Shown here one piece after another: positions 1-10,756 of a stretch of DNA of 64,000 bases (the stretch's first letter is position 1; every line of letters begins with the position of its first letter). The notes beneath the pieces were generated by a model. The model was not told where the DNA came from. It was given only the letters and a program-made list of their open reading frames with translations, and did not search any database. The stretch spans positions 15,546 through 79,545 of the forward strand of contig CAWJCY010000008.1 in assembly GCA_963841565.1 (NCBI GenBank). Reading direction: 5' to 3'. The DNA is from an uncultured Nitrososphaerales archaeon (GTDB lineage Archaea; Thermoproteota; Nitrososphaeria; Nitrososphaerales; Nitrososphaeraceae). Made by a program: the position numbers and the translations under genes.

Positions 1-147
1 CTACGACAAGATGCGGCCTTAATATCTATATTCAATAATCTGAAACTCGTACTAGATAATCCTGCTCAGGGAGATTTTGGTGACTATAATTCAACAAGAC
101 TAGTTAGAGAAATTATGGATGGTAGAACGTTCTACTATTTCAATTGA
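1..147 (+). CDS. 3' end of hypothetical protein (runs off window edge)
   Basis: Frame 1 open from base 1 (LRQDAALISIF...GRTFYYFN) to TGA at 145-147. Confidence 0.35.
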   Translation, partial: LRQDAALISIFNNLKLVLDNPAQGDFGDYNSTRLVREIMDGRTFYYFN

Positions 148-345
148 ACGTTCTGAACGAACACCTATTTTGGGGCAATAAGGTGGGGGTTTTATGAAAC
201 CGTGTGTACAGTAGGCGTTCAATAAAACGTTCTGAATGTTTGAATGTCTTTGAGCGTGAAGTCTTATTGAACGATTTGTAAACCTGTTAACAGTTAACGG
301 TGTCTGTTAACACTCGGAGTAGATGTTAACGAATCTGTAAACGGG
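140..345. repeat. TGAACG/GTTAAC-rich non-coding element, degenerate inverted copy at 37560-37760
   Basis: Shared blocks AATTGAACG..TGAACGAA, TTGAGCGTGAA..TGAACG, AACACTC..AATCTGTAAAC with the reverse complement of 37560-37760. Confidence 0.55.
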
Positions 346-348
346 CGT

Positions 349-711
349 TTACGGCCTATTCTCGAACTCTTCTATCAGATATTGATAAGTCTCATCATTG
401 TATTGGTCTAGTTCATCCATAAGCATGAAGTTCGTATGATTAAACACATCACCGAAAGCTAGCAGTCTTCTACCTTTCTTACTATCTCTATCTCGTTGGT
501 AATATTGTTCTTTAAATGACTTCTTTGATACAAGACCACGCCACATCTTATATTCTAATTCTGATAGTATGTATCCAGTGACTTTATGGTATTCTTCAAG
601 ATGTCTCTGTTTGTATGTGTGATGAACTACTTTACCGCATAGTTGACAGCCATGAAACTCTGCACCATAATAGTTAGCTGCTCGACCTTCTTTGTCATAT
701 TCTACTTCTTC
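349..711 (-). pseudogene. 5'-truncated C2H2 zinc-finger protein fragment
   Basis: Frame of the 349..546 ORF stays open up to 711 without a start codon and encodes CQLCGKVVHHTYKQRHLEEYH. Confidence 0.5.
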
Positions 712-1366
712 TTAACACGGTACTTCCGCTTATGCTTGAGGTCCTAACTATTAGATCTTCAATTTCTTTTCTTGTCACCATTTTCTTTCTATTACTACTG
801 ATCTCCAAGAATATTTCGTTAATAATGGGAAATTGTAGTAATTGCCTACAGACAAAATTAGATCTAGTCTCGCCACTTAGCTTTACAAGTTTTTCTCCTT
901 TATCCGTTAGCCTATATCTGTGGCCTTCTGTAGTCTCTACTAAGCCCAACAACTCAGCAGCTTGACGGTAATATGAGCTCTGTCGATTGACAAAACCTAA
1001 CACAACTTTTATGCTCTCAGCGTTGTCATACCCTTCAAGAACACGAATAGAGAATTCTATTATTTTATTCACATCATCAACTTGAGGTATCTCAACTTTC
1101 CTTAGGCTGTTATCTTCAGGAATCCCCTTGAAGTTATCAGCTGATATTGTCTTTGAAAATAAAATTCTATAATGTGCCCCACTTATGAGTTTGATGGATT
1201 CAAGCGTATCATGGGGACTAAATTCATACTCCCAAAAAGAGTATATTTTTTCTCCTGGTTCTAAACAGAAAAGAATAAGAGACATGATGTATGGATACGA
1301 ATACGAAAGAAAGGTTTTATTCCCAATATGGGAACGCGAACATTTAGAATCCAAGAACGCTAGCAT
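695..1366 (-). pseudogene. Fragment of restriction-associated protein with C-terminal winged-helix (DUF7226/AAA-associated-like)
   Basis: IPQVDD...FVNRQSSYYRQAAELLGL...LTDKG...SGSTVLRR pattern; stops before the usual terminal Trp-containing helix; N-terminus overlaps an opposite-strand ORF. Confidence 0.55.
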
Positions 1367-1550
1367 TTACAAAGAGACAAGAGAACGATTTAAGGAAATA
1401 GGTTTAGAACTGCTTAAGGATCCTGTAGAGACAGAGGATAGAATACGAAATCACATTATAAAAAATCCTGATAACTTCTATCCTAAACTATCACCGGATT
1501 ATGAGTTTATCAAGTCCACACGAATAAGTAAATGTTACAAGTTGATGTGA
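1284..1550 (+). CDS. hypothetical protein or fragment
   Basis: Charged, protein-like portion (MMYGYEYERK...) of ORF 1185..1550. Confidence 0.3.
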   Translation: MMYGYEYERKVLFPIWEREHLESKNASIYKETRERFKEIGLELLKDPVETEDRIRNHIIKNPDNFYPKLSPDYEFIKSTRISKCYKLM

Positions 1551-1690
1551 TATCGCTGCATTGGGGAGATAATGCTGCATTGTGTCTTTCTATTGCTGCG
1601 CACATAAAGTTTTTAATGTTTGCATTAATGTATTTTGAATAATGTCCGATAGGCAAGACGGTTCGAAAGATAAACAATATTCGAGAATTT

Positions 1691-2287
1691 ATGAAACTTG
1701 CAGGAGCGGGAACGTTGTTTCTTGGGCTGGGTGCTTTTGGTATATCGAACCTTTCTAAGAATATTAGAGAAGTGTCAGCAACAGCGGAAGCAGCACCGTC
1801 TAGTAATAACACTAACACTACGCGTAGTGACATGGGTATTCAGGGTTCCATGATTGCTCACATCGTCCGGTTCACCCTCAAGCCGAACACCCCCAAGGAT
1901 CAAGTCGATCGCGCGTTTGAACAATTGCGCAAACAGGGTCGAGAGATCAAGGCAGTCCAGTTATTCGTTGTCGGGCGAGACTTCGGAGGAGAGTTCGATT
2001 ATGGTGCCATGTATATAATGAAGGACCTCGAGGGCTACCGGGAATACATGATGTCTCCAATCCATCGTAAGAGCGACGAGATCGGATTGCCCGTCGTAGA
2101 TAAGTTTATCTCGATGGATATTACCGATGACAAGGATCCGGCCATCGGAGATAAGATTACGGAAATTCACCGCAACAGATTTGCGCACGATCCGGCCCTC
2201 GCTAAACTCGTCGAAAACCTTGGCTATGCTGGAGAAGTAAGAAATATAATGAATCAATTAAAAGCTGTAGGAGTCTCTATTCCATGA
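1691..2287 (+). CDS. Dabb (stress-responsive A/B barrel) protein with Tat-like leader
   Basis: MIAHIVRFTLKP...GRDFGGEFDYG...YMMSPIH Dabb pattern; hydrophobic leader preceded in frame by REFMK. Confidence 0.8.
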   Translation: MKLAGAGTLFLGLGAFGISNLSKNIREVSATAEAAPSSNNTNTTRSDMGIQGSMIAHIVRFTLKPNTPKDQVDRAFEQLRKQGREIKAVQLFVVGRDFGGEFDYGAMYIMKDLEGYREYMMSPIHRKSDEIGLPVVDKFISMDITDDKDPAIGDKITEIHRNRFAHDPALAKLVENLGYAGEVRNIMNQLKAVGVSIP

Positions 2288-2375
2288 TTTCCCCTGCTCG
2301 TATTCCCTAAAAGAACCCCTTCAATCATTTCAGATATTGTATTATAATCCTAATTTACATACATAGGCTATTTCC

Positions 2376-3047
2376 ATGATCATAAAGGAAATTAAAAATT
2401 TAACTCATGCTGAATTTGAAGAACTTCGTAACATATATGTTTCAACTTTCCCATTGGAAAATGCCAAACAGCTTGATACATATATCAATCATATCCATGA
2501 TATGCTCAGAAATGATAATAGATATCATCTATATGCCGCTCTAGAAAAGAGATCTATGATAGGTATCTCTTTGTTATATATTTTCGAAAATTTAAAAATG
2601 GCGTTACTTGACTATATGGCAGTTACTCCAAATTTTCAGCGGCGTGGTATAGGCAGAAAGCTATTTGAATTCACAAGTAATGAGTTTAATCGCTGTATTT
2701 CAGATAACATGGGAATATTGTTAGAAGTACCGAAAGAAAACGTATCTGATCCAAATGAATGGTTAAAGAGGAAGAAAAGAATTCAGTACCTTAATCTTGG
2801 AGTGAAAGTATTGAAAGGTGTTAATTATTTACTTCCAATACAGGTAGACGGAGATGTAGAAGAGATGCATCTAATGATCAAACTTTCAAAGAATGTAACT
2901 TCGATATCAAGAAAGAGTATAACTCATTTCATTAATTCTGTATATACAGATGTTTATGACTATAGAAAGACTGATTTGCTTCGAAGGACTATCACTAACT
3001 TGCCCGATGTCATTGACATCCAGGAACTGAAAGTACGGGATTTATAA
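2376..3047 (+). CDS. GNAT family N-acetyltransferase
   Basis: LDYMAVTPNFQRRGIGRKL acetyl-CoA binding motif A. Confidence 0.85.
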   Translation: MIIKEIKNLTHAEFEELRNIYVSTFPLENAKQLDTYINHIHDMLRNDNRYHLYAALEKRSMIGISLLYIFENLKMALLDYMAVTPNFQRRGIGRKLFEFTSNEFNRCISDNMGILLEVPKENVSDPNEWLKRKKRIQYLNLGVKVLKGVNYLLPIQVDGDVEEMHLMIKLSKNVTSISRKSITHFINSVYTDVYDYRKTDLLRRTITNLPDVIDIQELKVRDL

Positions 3048-3666
3048 AAACAACATTTGCTAGTCTTTGGTCAGTTTTCATATGTATACGTTGTCCGTAA
3101 CCAAGTGCTTACACGAAATTGGCTACAAGGTAGATTTTGCTATATGTATGAAGCATATTGGGATCTTGGAAATATATCTAACAATAAACTTTTGTTAAAA
3201 GCGTTTCCTTAATTTTATCGAGTGGTATACATCCTTGAATTTCCATAATAAGACTACCGACCGATATCTGCAGGGCAGACGACGTAATTGAGGCATAACA
3301 ACACTATTACAGTCTTTGTTTAAAGCGCCACCTCAAAAGTGACTACGTAACAAGAGTAAACGTATTAAAATATCGCTACCCGATATTCAGTCAAACTGCT
3401 ATTTCATTGACAAGTAATACGGTGTATCATACAATATTCTATTTGAATGATACGGTCATTAACTAGGTGGATACTTCGCCATTAGATTCTTGTTCAGACT
3501 GAAGTTATTGAAAAACAGACTAAACTTAGATGCAATATTATAAAATCGAATTTGTTCCGAGATAATCTATACGAGTTACGGGACTGCCAAATCTTGCTCC
3601 TTTTCTTATCTCTATTGCTAGAATTCTAATCTCATCTGAAACCGCTCTAGTTTAAAATAATAAATA

Positions 3667-3945
3667 ATGCTTAGGACGTATATACTAAAAGTGAATGATA
3701 TGTCTGAAGGGATAGCAAGAGACCGTGACATAGAATTAGAAAACATCATCGGAAACTTGATGATCGCTGAGTATCAAGTCGATAAACTTCAATCTAGATT
3801 GAGTGAGAGGGTAGGGGGTTTAGGATCAGGGAGCAACAAGAAATCGTCTTCATTTGTGTTTAAGAAAAATGATAAATGGTATAGGGTCACCCTATCTGTT
3901 GAGGAGATGACCAACATCAGTATCACTGATGATGAAATGGCATAA
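3667..3945 (+). CDS. hypothetical protein
   Basis: 92-aa ORF with protein-like composition in intergenic space. Confidence 0.55.
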   Translation: MLRTYILKVNDMSEGIARDRDIELENIIGNLMIAEYQVDKLQSRLSERVGGLGSGSNKKSSSFVFKKNDKWYRVTLSVEEMTNISITDDEMA

Positions 3946-4064
3946 ATTAATAATTTCACATATACGCCAATTCGTAGAGGACATGATGATGTAAATTAGT
4001 AAATCATTTTACCGTAACACATTTAAAATAGTTAAATAACTTAACTAGTTCGTGTCGCTGTTTC

Positions 4065-4760
4065 CTAGACTAATATTCTAGTCCCTATTTTGGTATCGGA
4101 TTCAATAACTTTGATAATGTTGGTGACGCTGGCTCGTAATATCACCGTAGGGATTCTTGAACGTTCTATGATCTTTAAAGCGACCATATCCATCAGATCA
4201 TACTTTCCTGCCATTGAGCTATTCTTACCTAATACCTCTATGCATTTATCAACGGTGACCCTTTTAAACACCTTTGCGTGGCGGTTGATATTTGGATCAG
4301 AATCGTAAATGCCATTGACATCTGTCGCGTTCACAAATATCTGAGCTTTAACCTTTTCAGCGACCAGTGCAGAAGTTGCATTAGTACTCTGACCCGGATG
4401 CAATCCTCCTAAAATCACCGGTTCTCCTGTCTCAGCTGCAATTGAGACTTCTTCGAGATTTGTGGGTACCTTTGGGTATACACAGCTACGTATTGAATGG
4501 AGCAGCAACTTGGCGTTAAGTCTTGAAACTTCTATGCCCAATAAATCCAGACTTGCTTCGTCACTTCCAAGTTCTCGTGCAAGATCAATATAATGCCGAG
4601 CAATATTCCCTCCTCCTGCAATAACTACCGGTTGTACATGCTTATTCAATTCAGTTATCATCATTCCATATTCCTTAATCGATTTCGACCTTGCGCTACT
4701 ACTAAAAATGCTACCACTAAGTTTAATGACCACCTTTTTTTTCCTGGACAGTTTACTCAT
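4065..4760 (-). CDS. pyrH: UMP kinase (archaeal type)
   Basis: VVIKLSGS, GGGNIAR, PGQSTNA, ATDVNGIYDSDP motifs. Confidence 0.95.
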   Translation of the reverse strand: MSKLSRKKKVVIKLSGSIFSSSARSKSIKEYGMMITELNKHVQPVVIAGGGNIARHYIDLARELGSDEASLDLLGIEVSRLNAKLLLHSIRSCVYPKVPTNLEEVSIAAETGEPVILGGLHPGQSTNATSALVAEKVKAQIFVNATDVNGIYDSDPNINRHAKVFKRVTVDKCIEVLGKNSSMAGKYDLMDMVALKIIERSRIPTVILRASVTNIIKVIESDTKIGTRILV

Positions 4761-4786
4761 TGTACCTCTGACTCTTTGTTGATCCT

Positions 4787-6022
4787 TCAACTCGGGTCTC
4801 CGAGCACCTTATCGATAATAGAAGTCACTGCATTTCTACTCTCAGCAGTTGTGTATATCCTCAACATATCTAGAAATCCTGTGATTGAACTGATGACAGG
4901 AATTTCTGAGATAGGTGTATCGTATGCCCATTCCTTGTCTACTAGAAGAACGGAATTAATTTCTTCTTTTGAGGGAGTAAGTGGCATTGAAGGCGCTCTG
5001 GATGCGTCCACGAAAACAGTATTCTCATGAACTCCTGCAACATCGCATATACGCAGTCTTAACTCTTCAAGTGTTGAGATGCTCATCTTGTTGTACAACC
5101 TGTCACGCTTATGTAAAAATTTTTCATAGACACATTTTAGTAACTTTCTAGCTCGGTAGTCCCTGGCTAACTTTGCTACATTTTCATCCTTATCTATTGA
5201 ACAAATTTGTTCAAGAGTAACCTCATCGGTTAGGTTAAGGAATTTATCAAGTGAAATCTTTGTGATATGTAAGTAATTATCTGCTTGTGCTAACGAATGG
5301 AGTAACATTACTTCAGCTGATCTAACTGTCTTGTGGAAATAGACTGCTTTGAACATTTCGTATCTGGATATGAGCATTGATTCAAACGAATATAGTGCAG
5401 ATTTATTAATCGCCAAATGTCCTGTTGCCACCACTTCAAAAGAGGCTATTAGCCTATGGTAGTCAATCTTACCGTATTCTGCCCCAGTAAATAGACTATC
5501 CCTGGGCAAGTAATCCATGATATCTGCGGATAGACCGCCTGCAATTATTTCATTTAAGAAACTTGATTTAGACTCACCAAATGATAACCTACATATGTCT
5601 GAAGGATTAAACCCGTGACCTCTTAAAACGTCTCCAATTTCACTTTCGAGTATCACTTTTTTTCCCATATCCTCATGTGTCATACTGCACTTACTCTCCA
5701 ATACTTCTTCAAAGAGATGAGAAAACGGTCCATGACCAACATCGTGTAGTAGAGCAGCTAACCTCAATTGTTGTATACTGTCTTCGTTATCGATGAAACC
5801 CTTCCTCAGAAGGCTCTCTCCAGCGTACCCCGCAACGTGCATTGTCCCTAACGAATGTTCAAATCGGGAGTGCTGTGCACTGGGATAGACAAGGTGAGCT
5901 CCGGCAAGCTGTCTAATCCTTCGCAACCTCTGGAATACAGAAGTATCTATAAGATCTCGCTCGACTGCACTGAAGCTGATATATCTATGAACTGGGTCAG
6001 TTATTTCGCCAATAAACTTCAT
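4787..6022 (-). CDS. HD-domain phosphohydrolase (dNTP triphosphohydrolase-like)
   Basis: DPVH, FQRLRRIRQL, HSRFEHSLG, LLHDVGHGPFSH, DYLPRD, VYFHK. Confidence 0.93.
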   Translation of the reverse strand: MKFIGEITDPVHRYISFSAVERDLIDTSVFQRLRRIRQLAGAHLVYPSAQHSRFEHSLGTMHVAGYAGESLLRKGFIDNEDSIQQLRLAALLHDVGHGPFSHLFEEVLESKCSMTHEDMGKKVILESEIGDVLRGHGFNPSDICRLSFGESKSSFLNEIIAGGLSADIMDYLPRDSLFTGAEYGKIDYHRLIASFEVVATGHLAINKSALYSFESMLISRYEMFKAVYFHKTVRSAEVMLLHSLAQADNYLHITKISLDKFLNLTDEVTLEQICSIDKDENVAKLARDYRARKLLKCVYEKFLHKRDRLYNKMSISTLEELRLRICDVAGVHENTVFVDASRAPSMPLTPSKEEINSVLLVDKEWAYDTPISEIPVISSITGFLDMLRIYTTAESRNAVTSIIDKVLGDPS

Positions 6023-6136
6023 GGAGCGTACCTCCTAATCGGGTATTGCTCTTTAATAGATTATCTGCAAGATCTGTCGTCTCGCGATAACAGCTAAAAT
6101 GATAATTTACTATTTTGTTTGGGTTCTTTTTGAGAC

Positions 6137-6598
6137 TTACACTTTAGTCATTCTTGTAACTTCTTTCAGCAGATCGTAGTTGTCAATCGGCTTTTTGAGA
6201 ATGGTGCATCCGGGGAATTTACGCAAGGCAAAATCAAATACCATCTCTCCCGCAGTTATAAAACATACTTTGACCTTGCTATCGATTTTTTGAAGCTTGT
6301 TGCACAATACCAGCCCATTCATCTTTGGCATCCTGATATCAAGCAGGAGAAGATCGTACAAACCTGGTTTGAAATTATCTAATGCTACGAATGGATCATT
6401 AAAAACATCTACTGAAAATTGATCCTCGAGGACAATCTTCAAAGTAACGTTCACATCGTCTTCATCGTCTACAACCATTATTCTCTTTCTCATCTGATGG
6501 TCGCTGGTCATTGCTGTTACTTGATATCGCACGCCACCGCTGAAACCTTCCTCATTACGTTGCCGCTGTGAGTACGAAAACGATGAAGTCGATGTCAT
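6137..6598 (-). CDS. standalone response regulator receiver protein
   Basis: VVDDEDD, LLDIRMPKMNG, FITA, KKP. Confidence 0.9.
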   Translation of the reverse strand: MTSTSSFSYSQRQRNEEGFSGGVRYQVTAMTSDHQMRKRIMVVDDEDDVNVTLKIVLEDQFSVDVFNDPFVALDNFKPGLYDLLLLDIRMPKMNGLVLCNKLQKIDSKVKVCFITAGEMVFDFALRKFPGCTILKKPIDNYDLLKEVTRMTKV

Positions 6599-6838
6599 TT
6601 CGGGGGTAGGTACCAGTTAATAATCATTGTAATAGATAAGTATTACCTGCAAATTGGAATTGAACAGCAGTACTGCCTGACAATTTTACCATATTGGTTT
6701 AAAGCAGAAGCATTTACAGGTTCTTTTAATTTCGCGAATTGGCTTAATTAATCGTCTAAAGTCTTTTCATAATAAGGTAGCTTATGACATTCTTGAGCAT
6801 CACCAACTCAATAAGGGACCGCTAGTCGTTAGAGCATA

Positions 6839-7096
6839 TTACCAATGCGGATTATAGCGCTCAAGATATTTTTGGCCCTCTTTAGTTATGACAAGCTCAT
6901 TCACGAAATTTCGTTCTACTAGCCGAATATCGCTCAGAACTGCTAACCATGTCTTAACAAGCTGTCCATCTCCGATGAATCTTTCTACTATCTGATCTTC
7001 ATTTTTGCCCTCTGATATACACCTCAGTATGTACAACGCAGATTGAAGCTCAGAGAGTCTATTGACATATGAATTTCTTTTTATCGTATTCACCAC
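6839..7096 (-). CDS. small winged-helix protein
   Basis: C-terminal LVE...ITKEGQKYL wing motif. Confidence 0.65.
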   Translation of the reverse strand: MVNTIKRNSYVNRLSELQSALYILRCISEGKNEDQIVERFIGDGQLVKTWLAVLSDIRLVERNFVNELVITKEGQKYLERYNPHW

Positions 7097-7771
7097 TCTT
7101 ATTTTTCTTAGCGATATAATACAGAAAGTTGATATTTATTACGCCTAGAGCTTAATAGCGTTTGAGCAAGTTTTTACTGTAAATTTCCCATGGATTAATC
7201 TTCTAAAAGAAGGCATATTTTATTTGTAATAATGTAATATGCATCGTTATTAAATCTCAAATCTAAATATGATCCTTTTGCCAACAATCCTCTAGATACT
7301 GTTGACCTTTAGTCAAAAAAATATAACATTGTGACTTAAATTACTATCGTCTGAGAATAAACACACGAAGACGAACACGAACCCGAGATCAATCGAGATA
7401 CAAAAAGTTTTACAAAATGTCAAGAAATATTGTAAAATTAATGATGACAATAGCGACGAACAGATCCTAGAGTACATTACTAAAAATACTCCAATTGGTA
7501 CTCAGGAAACCGTCATTTATGGATCAAAACAGATCGAGATAGACGGAATCTGATATTATTGATTGGTGAAAGACATGATAAGAAAATACTCTGTACTCTC
7601 TATTCTACTTAGAAGGTAAAGATTAGGTGAGTGAACACCAAGAAGATGCTATGACGATTATCTAAACTGCTATGATGATAATATTTTTACTGGGCCGAAT
7701 TTCTGTTTATAGATAGAGAAGTCGAGTTTACCAAGTTGGATTAACAGAATTATACCCGAATGTATCTCTAG

Positions 7772-8065
7772 CTAGGAAACGGTCTTTATAGTTCCCTTAA
7801 ATTCCTTTAACCCATCATGAATCATCTGTTGAACAATCTTGCTTCCTTCTTCCAAGGTCAATGGCTTTGACTGGGCTTTTGCATAGCCGTCATTGTCGCA
7901 GATGAATAGCAACATCTCGCTTCCTCTAGACATTGATCCTGCAAGCATTTCTTCACCTACTGGTTCGAATCCTTTGTCGGTCTGTTTGATCGTATAAGTG
8001 AGCATGGCAAAGCCTGTATAGTTAAATAACTTCATCTGCGCTTCTCTTGATCTCTCAGATCCCAA
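7772..8065 (-). CDS. hypothetical protein
   Basis: 97-aa ORF with protein-like composition. Confidence 0.65.
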   Translation of the reverse strand: MGSERSREAQMKLFNYTGFAMLTYTIKQTDKGFEPVGEEMLAGSMSRGSEMLLFICDNDGYAKAQSKPLTLEEGSKIVQQMIHDGLKEFKGTIKTVS

Positions 8066-8196
8066 AATGGCAGACTTTATGATATTGCATGTATTGATAA
8101 CTTACCCCTCTGATATTCAAAAATGCCGATTTGTTGATGAGCAGCTATGGATTCTAAATGCATGATATTATAATTAGACATAAGATACAATCCAGA

Positions 8197-8709
8197 TTAA
8201 TTGCTTTCCACTTTTTCGTCACGCGTAATTGAAGTAGCATTTGTATTTGTCATGTCGATTAAAGATTTTAATGATCTGTATCTATTATAGTCATTAAGTA
8301 GGATCTTTGCCAAATGCTTTGTAATATCTGTAACACTAAGCAAACCGCATATTCTATTATCTTCCTCTAGAACGACTAGATGCTTAATCTGATTCCGTGT
8401 CATGATCCTGGAAGCAGTATCCACCGAATCGTAGGACATAATTGTGATCAAAGGCGATGACATTATTTCCTCTACAGTAAATCTACTTGCTGATATGTTT
8501 TTTAAACAAACACGTCTAACTAAATCTTTTTCAGTAACAATGCCAATCGGTGTTGTCTTCTTGTCTATCACTATCACAGAGCTTATCCTTTTCTTAACCA
8601 TAATCTCGGCAACGTCTCTGGCGGTATTGCCAGATTCTGAAGTGATCGTGACAGTATCCTCACTAGACATTATCTCGCTTACTGCGCTCACAGCCTTAAG
8701 ATAGATCAT
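8197..8709 (-). CDS. CBS domain pair protein
   Basis: VSEIMS...GIVTEKDL...VEEIMSSPL...GLLSVTDI. Confidence 0.92.
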   Translation of the reverse strand: MIYLKAVSAVSEIMSSEDTVTITSESGNTARDVAEIMVKKRISSVIVIDKKTTPIGIVTEKDLVRRVCLKNISASRFTVEEIMSSPLITIMSYDSVDTASRIMTRNQIKHLVVLEEDNRICGLLSVTDITKHLAKILLNDYNRYRSLKSLIDMTNTNATSITRDEKVESN

Positions 8710-8901
8710 ATGCCTCTTTTAAATTACTGGTTATTCCCACCCGCCTCACAATATGCAGAACGAATTATAATATACTACTCCAATTTGTTAGCCGTGGTGT
8801 TTATCTTATTCGCCAGGCCGCCTTATAGACGGTTTCATAGTATATTTCATGCTCTCTCGTTTGCTCTTAATTTCAAACGAGCAACATCTGATAGCTGCCC
8901 C

Positions 8902-9108
8902 TCAATAATAAACACGCGAGTAGTATTGCATTTCTTCTTCATTAATTAAAATTCTTAGATGACAATCCCTGCATAACATATACTTTGAAGATGCAGGTAG
9001 TTCCTTCCTGCATTTACTGCAGAATTTTCGTAGCATCAAAATAATGTATTCACTATTTGGATTTAACTCTATGTAGACACGATAGGATATTGTACAAATC
9101 ATGGGCAA
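8902..9108 (-). CDS. small zinc-ribbon protein (true start probably near 9036)
   Basis: CSKC...CRDC. Confidence 0.4.
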   Translation of the reverse strand: MPMICTISYRVYIELNPNSEYIILMLRKFCSKCRKELPASSKYMLCRDCHLRILINEEEMQYYSRVYY

Positions 9109-9364
9109 CTGATGCCTAATCTATCAGATGGACACAGGCAGGCATTAGTTAAACATTCTTATTGTTTGTAGCACAACATCATTTAGGAAAATAAATAGAG
9201 AGCCGATAAGTGATATTCCTCCTCGTTACGTGTACGAGAGCACCGGATAATGCACAACAGATCGATTGTCAGTCTTCCTAATGACGAATTAAATAAACAC
9301 ATTGTAATTTTTTAATTACAATATAAACCCCTGACTTTAATACAATTTCGATATTTAACCAGCT

Positions 9365-10375
9365 ATGGAACTTCCCAGAAGGAGAGTGAAATCATTGTCT
9401 TATCAATATCATCTCCAAGAGGATTATCAACAAAAAAATAAGCTAGCAGATAAAGGCATTAAAGAAAATTACTCGTCAAATGTACTTTCGCACTCATGTG
9501 ACTCCATCTGGATGATCTTCGACGGATCGACTGGCGAAACTATTTGTACTAAATGTGGAGCTGTTATAACTGAAAGGCCGACGACTTTGGAGACTGGTCC
9601 AAGTTCTACCGAGTCATTTAGCAATTCTGTATCGCTTGCCTTTCCTGATAAAGGACTTTCAACAGTTATCACGAGTGCAAATATCGACGCTTCCGGTTCA
9701 ACATTAAATCACGACCAGATTCAAAATGTAAACAAGATTAGATATTTAGATAAGGTTTCAAATAATAATAGAACTCAAATTAGAAACCTTAAGAATGCCT
9801 TTGTTACTATGGCCGCTATCAGAGATAAATTGACACTCACAGATCCTGTCATGGAAAGAGCTGCTTATTATTATCGCAAAACACTCCACAATAAACTCAT
9901 AAAAGGGAGATCTATTCGGGAAATGGTGGTTGCTTCCATTTACGCTTCCTGTAAGGAGATGGAAGTACCTAGAACTTTGTGCGAAATATGCGACGCAGCT
10001 AATGCAGATCCTATATTTGCAGGTAAATGTTACAGAACCATGGCAAGAGAGCTAAGAATAAGTCCATTAATTGTTGATTCTGCGAGATACATCTCAAAAG
10101 TTGCCGACAGCGCCTGTGTTAGCCAGAAAACATACAGAAGGGCCGTAGAAATGCTAGATATTGTAAAGAAGCATTCAATATCTTACGGAAAGGATCCAAA
10201 GGCGCTTGCAACTGCAGTTCTTTATGCCGCATGCATAAAAGAAAATGAACTCAAAGTTAGTCAAGCAAAGATAGCAGCCGCAGGGAGCATCAGTGTGGTT
10301 ACATTGAGGAAAAGGTTTTCAGATATCTTAAGAATAATACCAAGGGATAATGATAATAATACTAATTATGCATAA
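9365..10375 (+). CDS. tfb: transcription initiation factor B paralogue
   Basis: Zn ribbon (HSC...CTKCG), DKGLST, two cyclin repeats (KGRSI, GKDP), ISVVTLRKR. Confidence 0.92.
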   Translation: MELPRRRVKSLSYQYHLQEDYQQKNKLADKGIKENYSSNVLSHSCDSIWMIFDGSTGETICTKCGAVITERPTTLETGPSSTESFSNSVSLAFPDKGLSTVITSANIDASGSTLNHDQIQNVNKIRYLDKVSNNNRTQIRNLKNAFVTMAAIRDKLTLTDPVMERAAYYYRKTLHNKLIKGRSIREMVVASIYASCKEMEVPRTLCEICDAANADPIFAGKCYRTMARELRISPLIVDSARYISKVADSACVSQKTYRRAVEMLDIVKKHSISYGKDPKALATAVLYAACIKENELKVSQAKIAAAGSISVVTLRKRFSDILRIIPRDNDNNTNYA

Positions 10376-10756
10376 ATGTGACAGCTAAAGTCGACACGAT
10401 CAGGACGTGATCAAAACCTTACCAGCGTCAGACATGTCAGAAAGAAAGAATGCAAACTTTTAATTGCCCCGTTCGATCTGAGTTTATAACCTTTCATGGG
10501 TCTATGATTGTCCCCACCTGCTGTAGAATGGGCTGCCTGTTGGTGATCCGAAATTATCGCGTATTACTTGTTCTCTTAGGCGGTTGCTATTGTTAATGGC
10601 AAACATTTTGTTTCATCTCCGAGTCCGAGGCAGAAGAAGAAATGTATTGCCAAAAATGTCACCCAGTAATTCTATTTCTTTCTGACTCATTACAACCATT
10701 CAAGTGACGATGTGTCACAACACTATTAACTACCTCAAGATCCAAAATCAGAAGAT

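Noticed and set aside
4787-6022. HD protein as an antiviral dNTPase
   Set aside because: It sits in a housekeeping-like operon with pyrH and has no defence context
7270-7552. Protein-like stretch (…KKYCKINDDNSDEQILEYI…)
   Set aside because: Interrupted, with no start codon or family recognised
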